Counted from the stretch's first letter, positions 39,245 through 48,291 are shown. The stretch is DNA of 55,955 nt from a virus (IMGVR_UViG_3300020055_002530:1-55955), one strand, 5' to 3'. Translations and numbers: made by a program. Notes: generated from the letters alone by a model not told the origin.

Positions 39245-40969
39245 TCAGGTGTCAAGCATAATTTCCTTTTCTTTTTCGCTTTTAAATTTGCGTAAGACAG
39301 GCGTCAAAAGTTCATTTTGTAGCACATCTAATTGCAAACTACTTTGTTTGGTTACTGCTGTGAAAGTATCGTCGTCAAACCAATCAGTGTTTTTTTGACT
39401 TTTTGCAAAAATAATTTTTGCACCAACTTTAACCTTTAGCAATTCACAGGCTTCTTGTCTTACTGCGCTAATTATATCTGGATGTGCATCATCTTCAAAT
39501 ACGATTTTGTTAAAAAGTTGATCAACTGATTTATGTAAAGGATTGTAGTAAATTATATCCTTGCTACCGAAACCATTATCGAAATAATTTACAAAAAAAT
39601 TCCCTGCAATATCAGCATTTTCTACAAACTCTGGAGTAGATACTGTCACTGGACCTGCTTTCCTATTTGGATTTGGACGTGGACGCAATTTTGAACTTGT
39701 TTTCTTGCTTTGTTTATTTTTAGATAGTGATCTTGTTTCTGATGTTCCATTAAGTTTATTACTCGCAACACCGTCAAAACTATAATCTCCATAATGTTCT
39801 TCCATAAACTGTTTTATGCGCTCACCGATATCTTCTGTACGTCTAGTTGCATTATGTTCTCTAATTTTTTCTACCCACTCGTCTGGCATATTATTTTTTA
39901 TAAGCAACAAGAAGTCTTTGTACTCAACAGGGGTGTTTTCTCCATATGCATCAATTGGTAGTAAATTGTCTCTATAAGTTGTAGATTTATATTTCTGGTA
40001 AGGTAATATGACATCTACTTTGAAACACTTGTGATCAACAAGAATGCCTAGCTGAGTTGCAAATCGTTGCCACTTTTTCATATCAACCAAACTATAGCAT
40101 TCTCTTTCGTTTACTTTACCCCATACAAGATAAGATTTTGAAACGCTTTCACAATACGGAGATATGTATCCATAACTTGCAGGCTGATTATCTGTATCTT
40201 TTTTAGGATCATAATAATACACTAATTCTGTACCATCTTCTAAAGAAACTTTTTTTGAAAATGCATTTGGATATTTTTGTATTACTTTGTTGTTAAATTC
40301 AATATCATATGTACTTAACTTTACACCACTAGGATATGTTTTTCCTTTACTATGCACAGGGTATTGTCTAGTTTCAAATAAAATTTCAATACCTTCAGGA
40401 ATATCGTAAAATCTATCAAATGCTTGTCTAATTAAATGCACATTAGATTCTTGCTTATTTAGATCAGTGCCATAAGGGTGCTTAAATGTATCCTGTTTAT
40501 CTTCCTTGCCATAAAGTATAACTTCAGTCCAATCATGATCAAGATCATATCCTCTAGATTCAGCATTTTCTTTAACCCAATCTGTACATTCTATAATGTC
40601 GCCTAGTCTTGTAGGTGATCCGTTCTCAATGGCCAGCATTGCTGTTGATGCAATTCCATTTTTATAAGTGATAAAAATAGTTTGTCCAAAACCCAAAGTC
40701 ATTAGTTTTGCACCAACTCCATAATTATCGCTATCACTTTGAGTCTTTCCTACACTACTGTAAAAATCAGTTGCAGTTCTAAGCTCGCCACCTGACATTC
40801 CTCCATAATTGAGAAAACATACTTTATATCCGCTGTATGTACCTGGACCAAAGAAGTCATTTAATTTAAGAGCTCTAATTTTGATAGGCGTTGGAATATC
40901 TATTGTATGTGATTTTTTATAACTTATGGTTGCTTCTATGCAGTTTCGAAGTAACTCACGCACCCACAT
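39245..40969 (-). CDS. GHKL (Hsp90/MORC-like) ATPase domain protein; N-terminus cut off by an in-frame TAA (upstream ATG at 41047)
   Basis: WVRELLRNCIEA (Bergerat motif I), NYGGMS (motif II-like), DNYGVGAK (motif III). Confidence 0.7.
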   Translation of the reverse strand: MWVRELLRNCIEATISYKKSHTIDIPTPIKIRALKLNDFFGPGTYSGYKVCFLNYGGMSGGELRTATDFYSSVGKTQSDSDNYGVGAKLMTLGFGQTIFITYKNGIASTAMLAIENGSPTRLGDIIECTDWVKENAESRGYDLDHDWTEVILYGKEDKQDTFKHPYGTDLNKQESNVHLIRQAFDRFYDIPEGIEILFETRQYPVHSKGKTYPSGVKLSTYDIEFNNKVIQKYPNAFSKKVSLEDGTELVYYYDPKKDTDNQPASYGYISPYCESVSKSYLVWGKVNERECYSLVDMKKWQRFATQLGILVDHKCFKVDVILPYQKYKSTTYRDNLLPIDAYGENTPVEYKDFLLLIKNNMPDEWVEKIREHNATRRTEDIGERIKQFMEEHYGDYSFDGVASNKLNGTSETRSLSKNKQSKKTSSKLRPRPNPNRKAGPVTVSTPEFVENADIAGNFFVNYFDNGFGSKDIIYYNPLHKSVDQLFNKIVFEDDAHPDIISAVRQEACELLKVKVGAKIIFAKSQKNTDWFDDDTFTAVTKQSSLQLDVLQNELLTPVLRKFKSEKEKEIMLDT

Positions 40970-41138
40970 TTTTTAAATGGGTGCTTCATTTATTTGTCTT
41001 AAAATCGCGAAATCTGGATTCGCGATACGTATCTTAGTATCGTTCATATTTTTCTCCTGTTTTTGGGCAACACACTGGATGCCACTCGATATGAATTTTT
41101 TTATGTTGTTATGACACACTGGTCATTAAGAAATATAT

Positions 41139-42077
41139 TTATTCAACTGCGAACAATGCACTATCAAATTCGGATTTATCTTCAATGTTATCTAACATTT
41201 TTTTATACATATCATTATCACGTTCAATCAAGATAGCATTACGACCACTTTCATTACACGCAATACCTGTGCTTCCGCTGCCTGCAAATGTATCTAATAC
41301 AGTGTCGCCTTTATTTGTCAAAAGCTCAACAAAGTATTTTAGAACTTCTACTGGCTTTTGTGTAGGATGTATTTTTCCTCCAAGTCCGCCGCTGAATGTA
41401 ATTGTATTTGGAACAACTGCCTGTATTTTGCCATTTTCAAATTTTCTATTAGCAATCATTTTTTCTGCTTCTTTTTTAGCAGCCGCAAAAATATTATCTA
41501 AAGAGTCTGTGTGTACATTGTCTTTTACCATTCGATAAACTATATTGCTTACTTTGTCAGCAACACAATATCTATCTACAATATTGCCCCAATCGGTTGC
41601 TGCATTAAATGTTCGTTTACCTTTTGGCTTTATACCCCATAGTATAAATTCACAACCGCTTACAGGATTCACTGCACGGTTAAAAGGAACTGCTGCTGGC
41701 TTTTTCCAAGTAATAATACGCTTCGGTTCAAAGCCATTTGCCTCCATTATTTTCCACAAATAAGAAATATATTGATCACTAATAAAAACTGCAAACGCTG
41801 AACCTTTGCGCATTTTTTGGAACCATAGTTTGCTCCATTCATCTAACTGCTGCAAAAATTCTTCGTGTGTAACTGCATCCCAGTTTTCATCAAATGTTTC
41901 GCTAAACTGTTGACTGTGAATACTGTTTTTATTTTCTCCTGTTTCTTTATCAACCCAAACAGGCTTTGCACCTTTTTCACTGATATTGTAAGGAGGATCT
42001 GTAAGTAACAAATCAATGCTGCCATTTTCTACATTATCCAATTGCTCTTGCATTGATCCATTAAACGTTTTAATCAT
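41139..42077 (-). CDS. N6-adenine/N4-cytosine DNA methyltransferase (beta-class motif order)
   Basis: TDPPYN (motif IV) near the N-terminus; HPTQKP and LDTFAGSGSTG (motif I) near the C-terminus. Confidence 0.92.
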   Translation of the reverse strand: MIKTFNGSMQEQLDNVENGSIDLLLTDPPYNISEKGAKPVWVDKETGENKNSIHSQQFSETFDENWDAVTHEEFLQQLDEWSKLWFQKMRKGSAFAVFISDQYISYLWKIMEANGFEPKRIITWKKPAAVPFNRAVNPVSGCEFILWGIKPKGKRTFNAATDWGNIVDRYCVADKVSNIVYRMVKDNVHTDSLDNIFAAAKKEAEKMIANRKFENGKIQAVVPNTITFSGGLGGKIHPTQKPVEVLKYFVELLTNKGDTVLDTFAGSGSTGIACNESGRNAILIERDNDMYKKMLDNIEDKSEFDSALFAVE

Positions 42078-43276
42078 TATAATCCTTTCACAGGCTCTAC
42101 ACCTAACCAGTTATGCCACGCTTTTGTAGCACGACTCCAGTACACTGTTTTCCAATGTGCAACATCACTGAAATTTGTTTCTTTAATTATACATTGATTG
42201 TTTTCGATGTCAAGTACAACAAACATCGGCTCGTTTAAAAATTCTGTGACAATCTTACTGATTTCTGCAACTGCATTTTCGCCCCAAAGTCTACTTACCA
42301 ATGTATTTATTGTAAAGTCAATAGGATCTAAACTGCCTTGATTCCATAATGCTTCTGGTCTGCCTCCGTTGTCTGGCATTCCAAGTCCTTTGTGTTCTGG
42401 TGCATTTTGGATATAAGTGTAGAATTCATTGTAGGTTGTATTGGCAACAAACTTTTGTAATGCATTTCTATCTGTGCCTCCTGCCCAATCTGTAATAGCT
42501 TTAACTTCAGATGATAGTTCTGACGCATACTTAACAAAATCATTTCTGTTGTGTGTCGCAACACTGTATAAAAATTTACCAGCTGTAGTTTCTGTGTTGA
42601 TATATTCAGCAAAGCCACTCAAATTTACTTTACCGCCTGTACCTCTACCTTTTGCACTAACACCTTGGCCGTCAACATAGAAATCTGCAATTTTATGATT
42701 ACTGCCTTTAGGAAAAAATACTGTATGTCCTTTTAACACGAATGTATATGCACAAAGAACTTCGCCATAATCGCTTGTAATTCTGTTAACATCTGCTTCA
42801 CGGATTGCTTCTAATCCTACAATATGAGCACCTGTTTCCACATTATCAAGCATACTTACAAGGAAATCAAAGAATTCACTATCCTCAATACCTTTTAATA
42901 CTGCTGCTCTAAAAACATCTTTATTGTCAAATGTAAGTCCATTTAAATTTAACGCATCAGGTGTAAACTGCTTACGTGACATATTACCATCTTTTGGAAC
43001 ATTGAACTGCACACCTACAGACTCACCATTAAAATTAACAATCAATCCTTGATCTCCATAATCTGGACTTCTACTAAAATGCTTGTATGGAACAGTTTTA
43101 TAATTCAAACCTAACGCATCCAAACTTTCTTTTAGTTGATCAAATGTAGTAAATCCACAATTGCTTTTGAACCGTAAATGAACTGGAGTTTCTCCGTTGT
43201 GTCTTGTTACACGTTCTTTGTTCAACGGCAACCGTTCCACTAAAAACTTTTTTAGTTGTGTTTCAGGATACATCAT
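42077..43276 (-). CDS. Putative PD-(D/E)xK-like nuclease
   Basis: DYGEVL...FFP...IADFYVDGQGVSAKG pattern; TAATG-coupled to the MTase. Confidence 0.45.
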   Translation of the reverse strand: MMYPETQLKKFLVERLPLNKERVTRHNGETPVHLRFKSNCGFTTFDQLKESLDALGLNYKTVPYKHFSRSPDYGDQGLIVNFNGESVGVQFNVPKDGNMSRKQFTPDALNLNGLTFDNKDVFRAAVLKGIEDSEFFDFLVSMLDNVETGAHIVGLEAIREADVNRITSDYGEVLCAYTFVLKGHTVFFPKGSNHKIADFYVDGQGVSAKGRGTGGKVNLSGFAEYINTETTAGKFLYSVATHNRNDFVKYASELSSEVKAITDWAGGTDRNALQKFVANTTYNEFYTYIQNAPEHKGLGMPDNGGRPEALWNQGSLDPIDFTINTLVSRLWGENAVAEISKIVTEFLNEPMFVVLDIENNQCIIKETNFSDVAHWKTVYWSRATKAWHNWLGVEPVKGL

Positions 43277-43671
43277 TCTTGTGTCCACTTCTTATGTGCT
43301 AGTTTGTTTTGTTCTGCCCAAGTAATAAACAATCCTACTTCTCTACCATGTGCTTCGATTTCACTAGGCTTGTCCCAATAGTCAAATTCTTCTTCTGCAC
43401 AATGATTTAGTTGACCTAGTTCATATTGTTTAACGTGAACCAGTTCGTGTGCAAGTGTAATCAGCATTTCACGTAAACGCAAACTACGCTTAATATCTAT
43501 TTCATATTCATTTGAATCAACACGAATGCAACCGCCTAAACTTCTATCATTAGTCATTCTACGGAAACTAATTTCAACATCTGGATTAATGTTAAACTTA
43601 TTGCAAACAAAATCTGCCATACTGTAAGCGTATTTGCGTTGTGCTTTGCTGCCGCCTTCTACGTAAATCAT
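43273..43671 (-). CDS. Zincin-like HExxH metallopeptidase
   Basis: TLAHELVHVKQ...PSEIEA. Confidence 0.75.
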   Translation of the reverse strand: MIYVEGGSKAQRKYAYSMADFVCNKFNINPDVEISFRRMTNDRSLGGCIRVDSNEYEIDIKRSLRLREMLITLAHELVHVKQYELGQLNHCAEEEFDYWDKPSEIEAHGREVGLFITWAEQNKLAHKKWTQE

Positions 43672-43955
43672 AATTGCTCCGGTGCTGTTCCAGTTAAGAA
43701 GTACATTTTCTTTATAATAGTATCAACATCGGCTTCTGTCAACCAACCCTTTACTGTGTCGTGCTCTTCTGTGATGCCTGGCAAATTGACCATTGTATTA
43801 CCATTAAACACTCCAATTTCATAAAGGCCCTTGTTGCCACCATAGCTGCCGCTATGACTAACAATACTAAGTTCGTAGTCACCAAAAAACAGTACAACTT
43901 GTGTACCATCTAAAACTTGTTTAGGTTTGAAACTTTTATATGCTAATACAGTCAT
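43668..43955 (-). CDS. Hypothetical phage protein
   Basis: SYGG..GLYEIGV; AGGAGG SD. Confidence 0.7.
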   Translation of the reverse strand: MTVLAYKSFKPKQVLDGTQVVLFFGDYELSIVSHSGSYGGNKGLYEIGVFNGNTMVNLPGITEEHDTVKGWLTEADVDTIIKKMYFLTGTAPEQL

Positions 43956-43974
43956 ATTGCCCTCCTATACTTAT

Positions 43975-44003
43975 TTTATAGCATAGGATGCATTTGCTGT
44001 CAA
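43975..44003 (-). promoter_or_regulatory. Sigma70-type promoter
   Basis: TTGACA-17 nt-TATAAA. Confidence 0.65.
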
Positions 44004-44222
44004 CTATAATCTGCGAGTTATACGACCTTTTTCTAAATCATATGGCGTCATTTCTATACGCACTCTATCGCCTGCTACTAGTCTGATCTTAAACTGGCGC
44101 ATCTTTCCGCCTGTATAACATACGACTATGTGATCATTATCTAACTTTACCTTAAACATTTGATTAGGCAGCACGTCTATAATGCTGCCTTCTACTTCTA
44201 TAATATCATTGTTTTTCGGCAT
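44004..44222 (-). CDS. infA: Translation initiation factor IF-1
   Basis: IEVEG..LPNQMFKVKLDNDH..GKMR..IRLVAGDRVRIEMTPYDLEKGRITRR; 72 aa. Confidence 0.95.
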   Translation of the reverse strand: MPKNNDIIEVEGSIIDVLPNQMFKVKLDNDHIVVCYTGGKMRQFKIRLVAGDRVRIEMTPYDLEKGRITRRL

Positions 44223-44388
44223 TATCCACTTTCGTAATGGACATGATTTTGTTTTCAGTTTTTATTTTCAAAACATCTCCTGGTTTCCATCCCATTTGCT
44301 CTGCAATTTCGTCTGGGATCTTCATTAGCACATTATCAGGATTGTCCGGATCATCCTCGAAAATGTCTTCTACTTTGTATTCAATCAT
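44206..44388 (-). CDS. AbrB/MazE/SpoVT-like small protein
   Basis: LMKIPDEIAEQMGWKPGDVLKI. Confidence 0.6.
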   Translation of the reverse strand: MIEYKVEDIFEDDPDNPDNVLMKIPDEIAEQMGWKPGDVLKIKTENKIMSITKVDNAEKQ

Positions 44389-44396
44389 ATTTACCA

Positions 44397-44588
44397 TCAA
44401 TCCACCAAAAAGTTAAGGTCTTCTAAGTCTTCGCGCAACACAAAGTCATCTGGTAGTTTTACACCTTGACCTTCACGGATATGCTCAAGCATATGTTTAA
44501 TATCTGTGATGCTAAATGCTGTATGTTTTTTTAAAACATTGTGTGCTTCTGTAAAATTAGCATTTGGTTTGTACCCAATAACCATCAT
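44397..44588 (-). CDS. Small protein with weak resemblance to the ribosomal bL12 C-terminal domain
   Basis: ANFTEAHNVLKKHTAFSITDIKHMLE..LEDLNFLV aligns loosely, by eye, to the bL12 CTD. Confidence 0.4.
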   Translation of the reverse strand: MMVIGYKPNANFTEAHNVLKKHTAFSITDIKHMLEHIREGQGVKLPDDFVLREDLEDLNFLVD

Positions 44589-44770
44589 TTGGTCTTTACT
44601 CCAATATCATTAAGCATACGTTCTGCAAGTGCTGTTGTGCGAAGTTGACTTTCAAGTTCCGCCATTTCATCGCAAATGCTTGCTGTTTCGATTGCTTCCC
44701 ATAACAGCCCTGTTGTCCTATAAGGCTGTCTAAACATACCAGTAATGGTATATGCTTTCATTGAACTCAT
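44585..44770 (-). CDS. Hypothetical protein
   Basis: ATGA overlaps on both sides. Confidence 0.55.
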   Translation of the reverse strand: MSSMKAYTITGMFRQPYRTTGLLWEAIETASICDEMAELESQLRTTALAERMLNDIGVKTK

Positions 44771-45258
44771 TCTTCGTATGGTTCCAACTTGTTTTCTGTA
44801 ACTTCAACATAAGTGCCGTTTACAATCATCCAGTTACAACCCCAACTGTCATAACCTCGTTCTTCTAAGAACTCATAACGGCTTTGCCAATTGTCACTTT
44901 CAAGTTGTGCTTCATACTCTTCGTTAAGAGCTTCCTGTTCTTCTTCTGTAAAATGATTACCATAAAAGATAAAGTCCTCCCAGCAACCATCAAACGTTGA
45001 ATCCATTTCAATATTCGAATAGTCTTCAAAGTCCCATTCGTCACCGTCTTCGCCGATAGAGTTTTCTAAACTTTCTTTTTCATCTTCGTTTTCAACACGG
45101 ACAATAAACGTGCCATTACGCCAGCCTATTTCAGTATTAAGCATTTTACCAGTTTCTTCATTTTTAAACTGTTCGATTTCAATCATAGACTTTTTTGTAT
45201 ATGCACTTACTGCATATGTTTCGCCAATTTTTATTTCTGTAACACCATCATAATCCAT
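44767..45258 (-). CDS. Hypothetical highly acidic protein
   Basis: D/E-rich; AAGGAGGA SD. Confidence 0.75.
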   Translation of the reverse strand: MDYDGVTEIKIGETYAVSAYTKKSMIEIEQFKNEETGKMLNTEIGWRNGTFIVRVENEDEKESLENSIGEDGDEWDFEDYSNIEMDSTFDGCWEDFIFYGNHFTEEEQEALNEEYEAQLESDNWQSRYEFLEERGYDSWGCNWMIVNGTYVEVTENKLEPYEE

Positions 45259-45282
45259 AGACGATCCTCCTTTATGTTAAAT

Positions 45283-45311
45283 AGTTTACTAGATAGGAAA
45301 GATAATGTCAA
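45283..45311 (-). promoter_or_regulatory. Sigma70-type promoter
   Basis: TTGACA-17 nt-TAAACT; the -35 box overlaps the start of the divergent ORF. Confidence 0.55.
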
Positions 45312-46213
45312 CCAGAAAACGCAGTCTTGTTATTGTAACTTGCCTTAAAGACAAATATAAATTAGAAATGTTGTGTAGAAGTATTTTTGCTTTTTTAGAA
45401 CCGTGTGACATAGTAATAATTTATAATGAAAGTTCTGAAAAATATACTGAATGGCTTGAATGGTTTAATTTGCTCAAAGAAAAAATATTAAAAAAGTTTT
45501 CTGTAAGAACATATTCTGGTCCTGATCTTGTTGGTATAGATAATTTTATTTATTGCAAAGATGATGGCTGGGTAAGACAACAAGCATTAAAATTACTTGC
45601 GTATAGTTTAGTAAACACGCTTGAATTTGTTACAATGGATAGTAAAAACTTTTTTATGGCTCCTTGTTCTTTAGATGACATTCAATACAGTCATCCACAT
45701 AATTATTGGAGACGCCCACGTTTAGAAAAATATGTAGAACACTGTTGCAAATTACTAGATTATCCATACGGTGGCGAAGAAATGAGATTGCGACCAAACA
45801 TTACTCCATATATTATAAAGACAAGATTCTGCAAAAGATTAGTAAAAAAATGGAATAACAATATAGACTTTTATAAATTTATTGTTGATACTGCAATGAT
45901 TCCAGAACTTGCTCCTGCTGAATTTTTATTGTATGAAATTTTTGAATTAAAATCTGGAGTTAGAGATGATCTATTGCAAGATATAAAACATCCAAAAGTA
46001 AATTATTGTACAATATGGTTCCATACACTTAAACACTCACACACACCAAAAGGACTTTCAGAAATTGTGGCCAAAAAACGAAACGATGGTATTCTGGTAA
46101 GTGGTATACATAAAAAGGTAGATGATTTCCTAACACTTCAAGATGTAGAAATATTATTAAAACATTTAGGTATAGATTTTATTTTACCCCAAACAGTTTC
46201 GAGTCCGTTTTAA
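45305..46213 (+). CDS. Glycosyltransferase-like protein (DUF6492-type)
   Basis: GWVRQQALKL, MDSKNFF, TPYI and EFLLY motifs. Confidence 0.55.
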   Translation: MSTRKRSLVIVTCLKDKYKLEMLCRSIFAFLEPCDIVIIYNESSEKYTEWLEWFNLLKEKILKKFSVRTYSGPDLVGIDNFIYCKDDGWVRQQALKLLAYSLVNTLEFVTMDSKNFFMAPCSLDDIQYSHPHNYWRRPRLEKYVEHCCKLLDYPYGGEEMRLRPNITPYIIKTRFCKRLVKKWNNNIDFYKFIVDTAMIPELAPAEFLLYEIFELKSGVRDDLLQDIKHPKVNYCTIWFHTLKHSHTPKGLSEIVAKKRNDGILVSGIHKKVDDFLTLQDVEILLKHLGIDFILPQTVSSPF

Positions 46214-46247
46214 TAAATACCTATAGAATAAAGGAGCGTGAGGGCGC

Positions 46248-46526
46248 ATGGATTTTTTAACTCTAGTAGGAGATGTAGGTTTTCCAATAGCAGGGGCATT
46301 AGCAGCTGGAGGTTTTGTATTTCTTACTCTCAAATTTATACTTGCAGGTGTTACAGGCTCGGTAACTACATTAAAGAATATTATTGGACAGTTAGATAAT
46401 CGAGTACAAACAATGAATAATGATCTTGTTAAAATTGATGCTTTATTAAGTTATACACTTAATATAAGGCCAAACGTAGACAGGATTGCAGCTAATGAAG
46501 GAAAAGAAGATGCCAGACGCGACTGA
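46248..46526 (+). CDS. Small membrane protein with GFPI motif and coiled coil
   Basis: LVGDVGFPIAGALAAGGF; TAAATA at 46214-46219; AAGGAG. Confidence 0.7.
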   Translation: MDFLTLVGDVGFPIAGALAAGGFVFLTLKFILAGVTGSVTTLKNIIGQLDNRVQTMNNDLVKIDALLSYTLNIRPNVDRIAANEGKEDARRD

Positions 46527-46704
46527 TGATAAAGGTAAATTAGAAGTAAGTGTAAGAATACTAGGAAACGAACTAGTTGCACTTAGAATGGACGTAGACG
46601 ATTTCAAAATGAAATGGTTAGTAGTAGGTGTAATTGCAATTGTAGCATTAGGATGGGCTGCTGGAGAATTTGGTCCACAATTAATGAGTATGTTCGGAGA
46701 ATAA
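46510..46704 (+). CDS. Small single-TM protein
   Basis: Start MPDATDD; C-terminal TM helix. Confidence 0.6.
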   Translation: MPDATDDKGKLEVSVRILGNELVALRMDVDDFKMKWLVVGVIAIVALGWAAGEFGPQLMSMFGE

Positions 46705-47070
46705 ATGGAATTTGATCTAGCACAAGCGGTTAGCGAATACGGTTTTCCTATTATTGCTGCTATGGGCTTAGGATATTTTATCTATTTTATATGGAAATGG
46801 GTTACCGAAACCATAGATCCTGTGATTGGTGAAACAATGGGTACGCTGATCAAACTTGTTGATCGTGTGCGTATGCTTGATAATGATATGATTAGATTAA
46901 ATCAAAAGCTATCAATGGTGCTAGAATATAGATCAAAATTAAATCCACAAAGACAAGATGAATTACAAAGGCTTGTGGATGAATATAAATCTACACAAAA
47001 GGCATTTGATAGCACGGGTGAAAAAGAAGCAACTAAACCCCAACCACTAAAGAAAAGGACAAGTAGATGA
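46705..47070 (+). CDS. Small membrane protein with GFPI motif (paralog of 46248-46526)
   Basis: AVSEYGFPIIAAMGLGYF..LVDRVRMLDNDMIRL. Confidence 0.7.
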   Translation: MEFDLAQAVSEYGFPIIAAMGLGYFIYFIWKWVTETIDPVIGETMGTLIKLVDRVRMLDNDMIRLNQKLSMVLEYRSKLNPQRQDELQRLVDEYKSTQKAFDSTGEKEATKPQPLKKRTSR

Positions 47071-47168
47071 AATGTGAAAATTGTAAATGTGATAGTCACT
47101 GTGATTGTGAATGTCCAAACTGTAGAAATGATGTATGTCAAAACTGCAAATGTGAGAAGTGCAGTTAA
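47067..47168 (+). CDS. Metallothionein-like Cys-rich micro-protein (33 aa, 11 Cys); not in ORF track
   Basis: MKCENCKCDSHCDCECPNCRNDVCQNCKCEKCS; ATGA overlap with the upstream stop; AAGGA upstream. Confidence 0.7.
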   Translation: MKCENCKCDSHCDCECPNCRNDVCQNCKCEKCS

Positions 47169-47180
47169 ATAAGTATCTAC

Positions 47181-47453
47181 ATGAGATACTTCTTAGGACA
47201 ATGCGAATACAAATGGTCGCATACTGCCGAGCAAGGCAACGAGCGTATGGAACAGATTTGGATACGCAGAGAACTAGGCGAAGAGCTTTACCGAGAAATT
47301 AATGAAGAAGATTACAAACTTGTGTTATTACGTAGCAATGGTATTGTAGAAAATATATATTGTCGTTGCGATATATATGTAGATATTGACAATGCTGATA
47401 AAGCATTGTTATTTGAAATTAAATATGGAAAGCAAAGGATAGAATTAGCATGA
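47181..47453 (+). CDS. Hypothetical protein
   Basis: TAAATA at 47166-47171; coupled to the next ORF. Confidence 0.65.
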   Translation: MRYFLGQCEYKWSHTAEQGNERMEQIWIRRELGEELYREINEEDYKLVLLRSNGIVENIYCRCDIYVDIDNADKALLFEIKYGKQRIELA

Positions 47454-47671
47454 TGTGGATGGATTACACAATAAATCAAGCAGGTCCTCACTTCAAAGTC
47501 ATGGGAGACTGGGAAGGCGAAGTTATGGGCGTAGCTCAAGACGGCACACAAAAAGATCATTACCTGTATAAACCTGGAGATGTATTCATTGTAAATGAGA
47601 ACGGTTGGCTTGTAAAATCGGATGAAGTTAATGCGCTTTTGTTAAAGCACGAGAGTAACAAGTCTGAATAA
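47450..47671 (+). CDS. Hypothetical protein
   Basis: ATGA overlap. Confidence 0.65.
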   Translation: MMWMDYTINQAGPHFKVMGDWEGEVMGVAQDGTQKDHYLYKPGDVFIVNENGWLVKSDEVNALLLKHESNKSE

Positions 47672-48287
47672 CTTCAGCAACCTTATCACTTACCATAGTT
47701 TCATAATGTGTATGAGCAACTTCAATGTGTTCCATATCTGTTCTATGACGCATTGATTCAATAGTACAAACACCATCATTAGGTCCGTTGTGATAAGGCA
47801 CTGACCCTGCTGTGCTTACTATTTGTGTCCATGGTATGTCTAATTCAATTTCATTTGCTTCACGTATAGGATCACTGCGTCTGCCAATATCTTTAAATAA
47901 TGGATAACTTGGTACAATATACTTTGCCCAGTCTGCTGTACTGCTACCACGGAATGGAGTGCTAATGCTGACGCCTCCAATAACACGCACATATTTTGTA
48001 AGATGTAGTGCATACAAACCACCCATGCTATGTCCTATTACAAAGTGTGGTCCTTTGCCTTTACAGTTGTCAGCAATCATTTCCAAGTTGTCATAGAAAC
48101 GATTCATACTAGAATAGTTTACCATTATCTCATTTGGAAACTGTGTTTTTGTTTGCAAATATTTAAAACTAAGGCTTGTCTGATTAGCACCATGACACCA
48201 GATGACGTTGATGTCATCTGTTGTGCGCTTTTCTTCTGTTTTATATAAACCAAACCAGTTGGCAACATATTCTCTAAGTGGTTGCAT
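47628..48287 (-). CDS. Alpha/beta hydrolase (lipase/esterase-like)
   Basis: HGAN, GHSMGG nucleophile elbow, STPFRGS, NDGV and THYE; likely start MQPL at 48287. Confidence 0.85.
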   Translation of the reverse strand: MQPLREYVANWFGLYKTEEKRTTDDINVIWCHGANQTSLSFKYLQTKTQFPNEIMVNYSSMNRFYDNLEMIADNCKGKGPHFVIGHSMGGLYALHLTKYVRVIGGVSISTPFRGSSTADWAKYIVPSYPLFKDIGRRSDPIREANEIELDIPWTQIVSTAGSVPYHNGPNDGVCTIESMRHRTDMEHIEVAHTHYETMVSDKVAEVIQTCYSRALTKAH

Positions 48288-48291
48288 ACAC

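Noticed and set aside
40973-40975. Stop-codon reassignment or selenocysteine/pyrrolysine recoding
   Set aside because: The codon is TAA; all other genes read cleanly in code 11 and none of the three tRNAs is a suppressor
46902-47141. Minus-strand ORF with TFTITVTITF low-complexity sequence
   Set aside because: Reverse-complement shadow of the Cys-rich micro-ORF and the upstream gene
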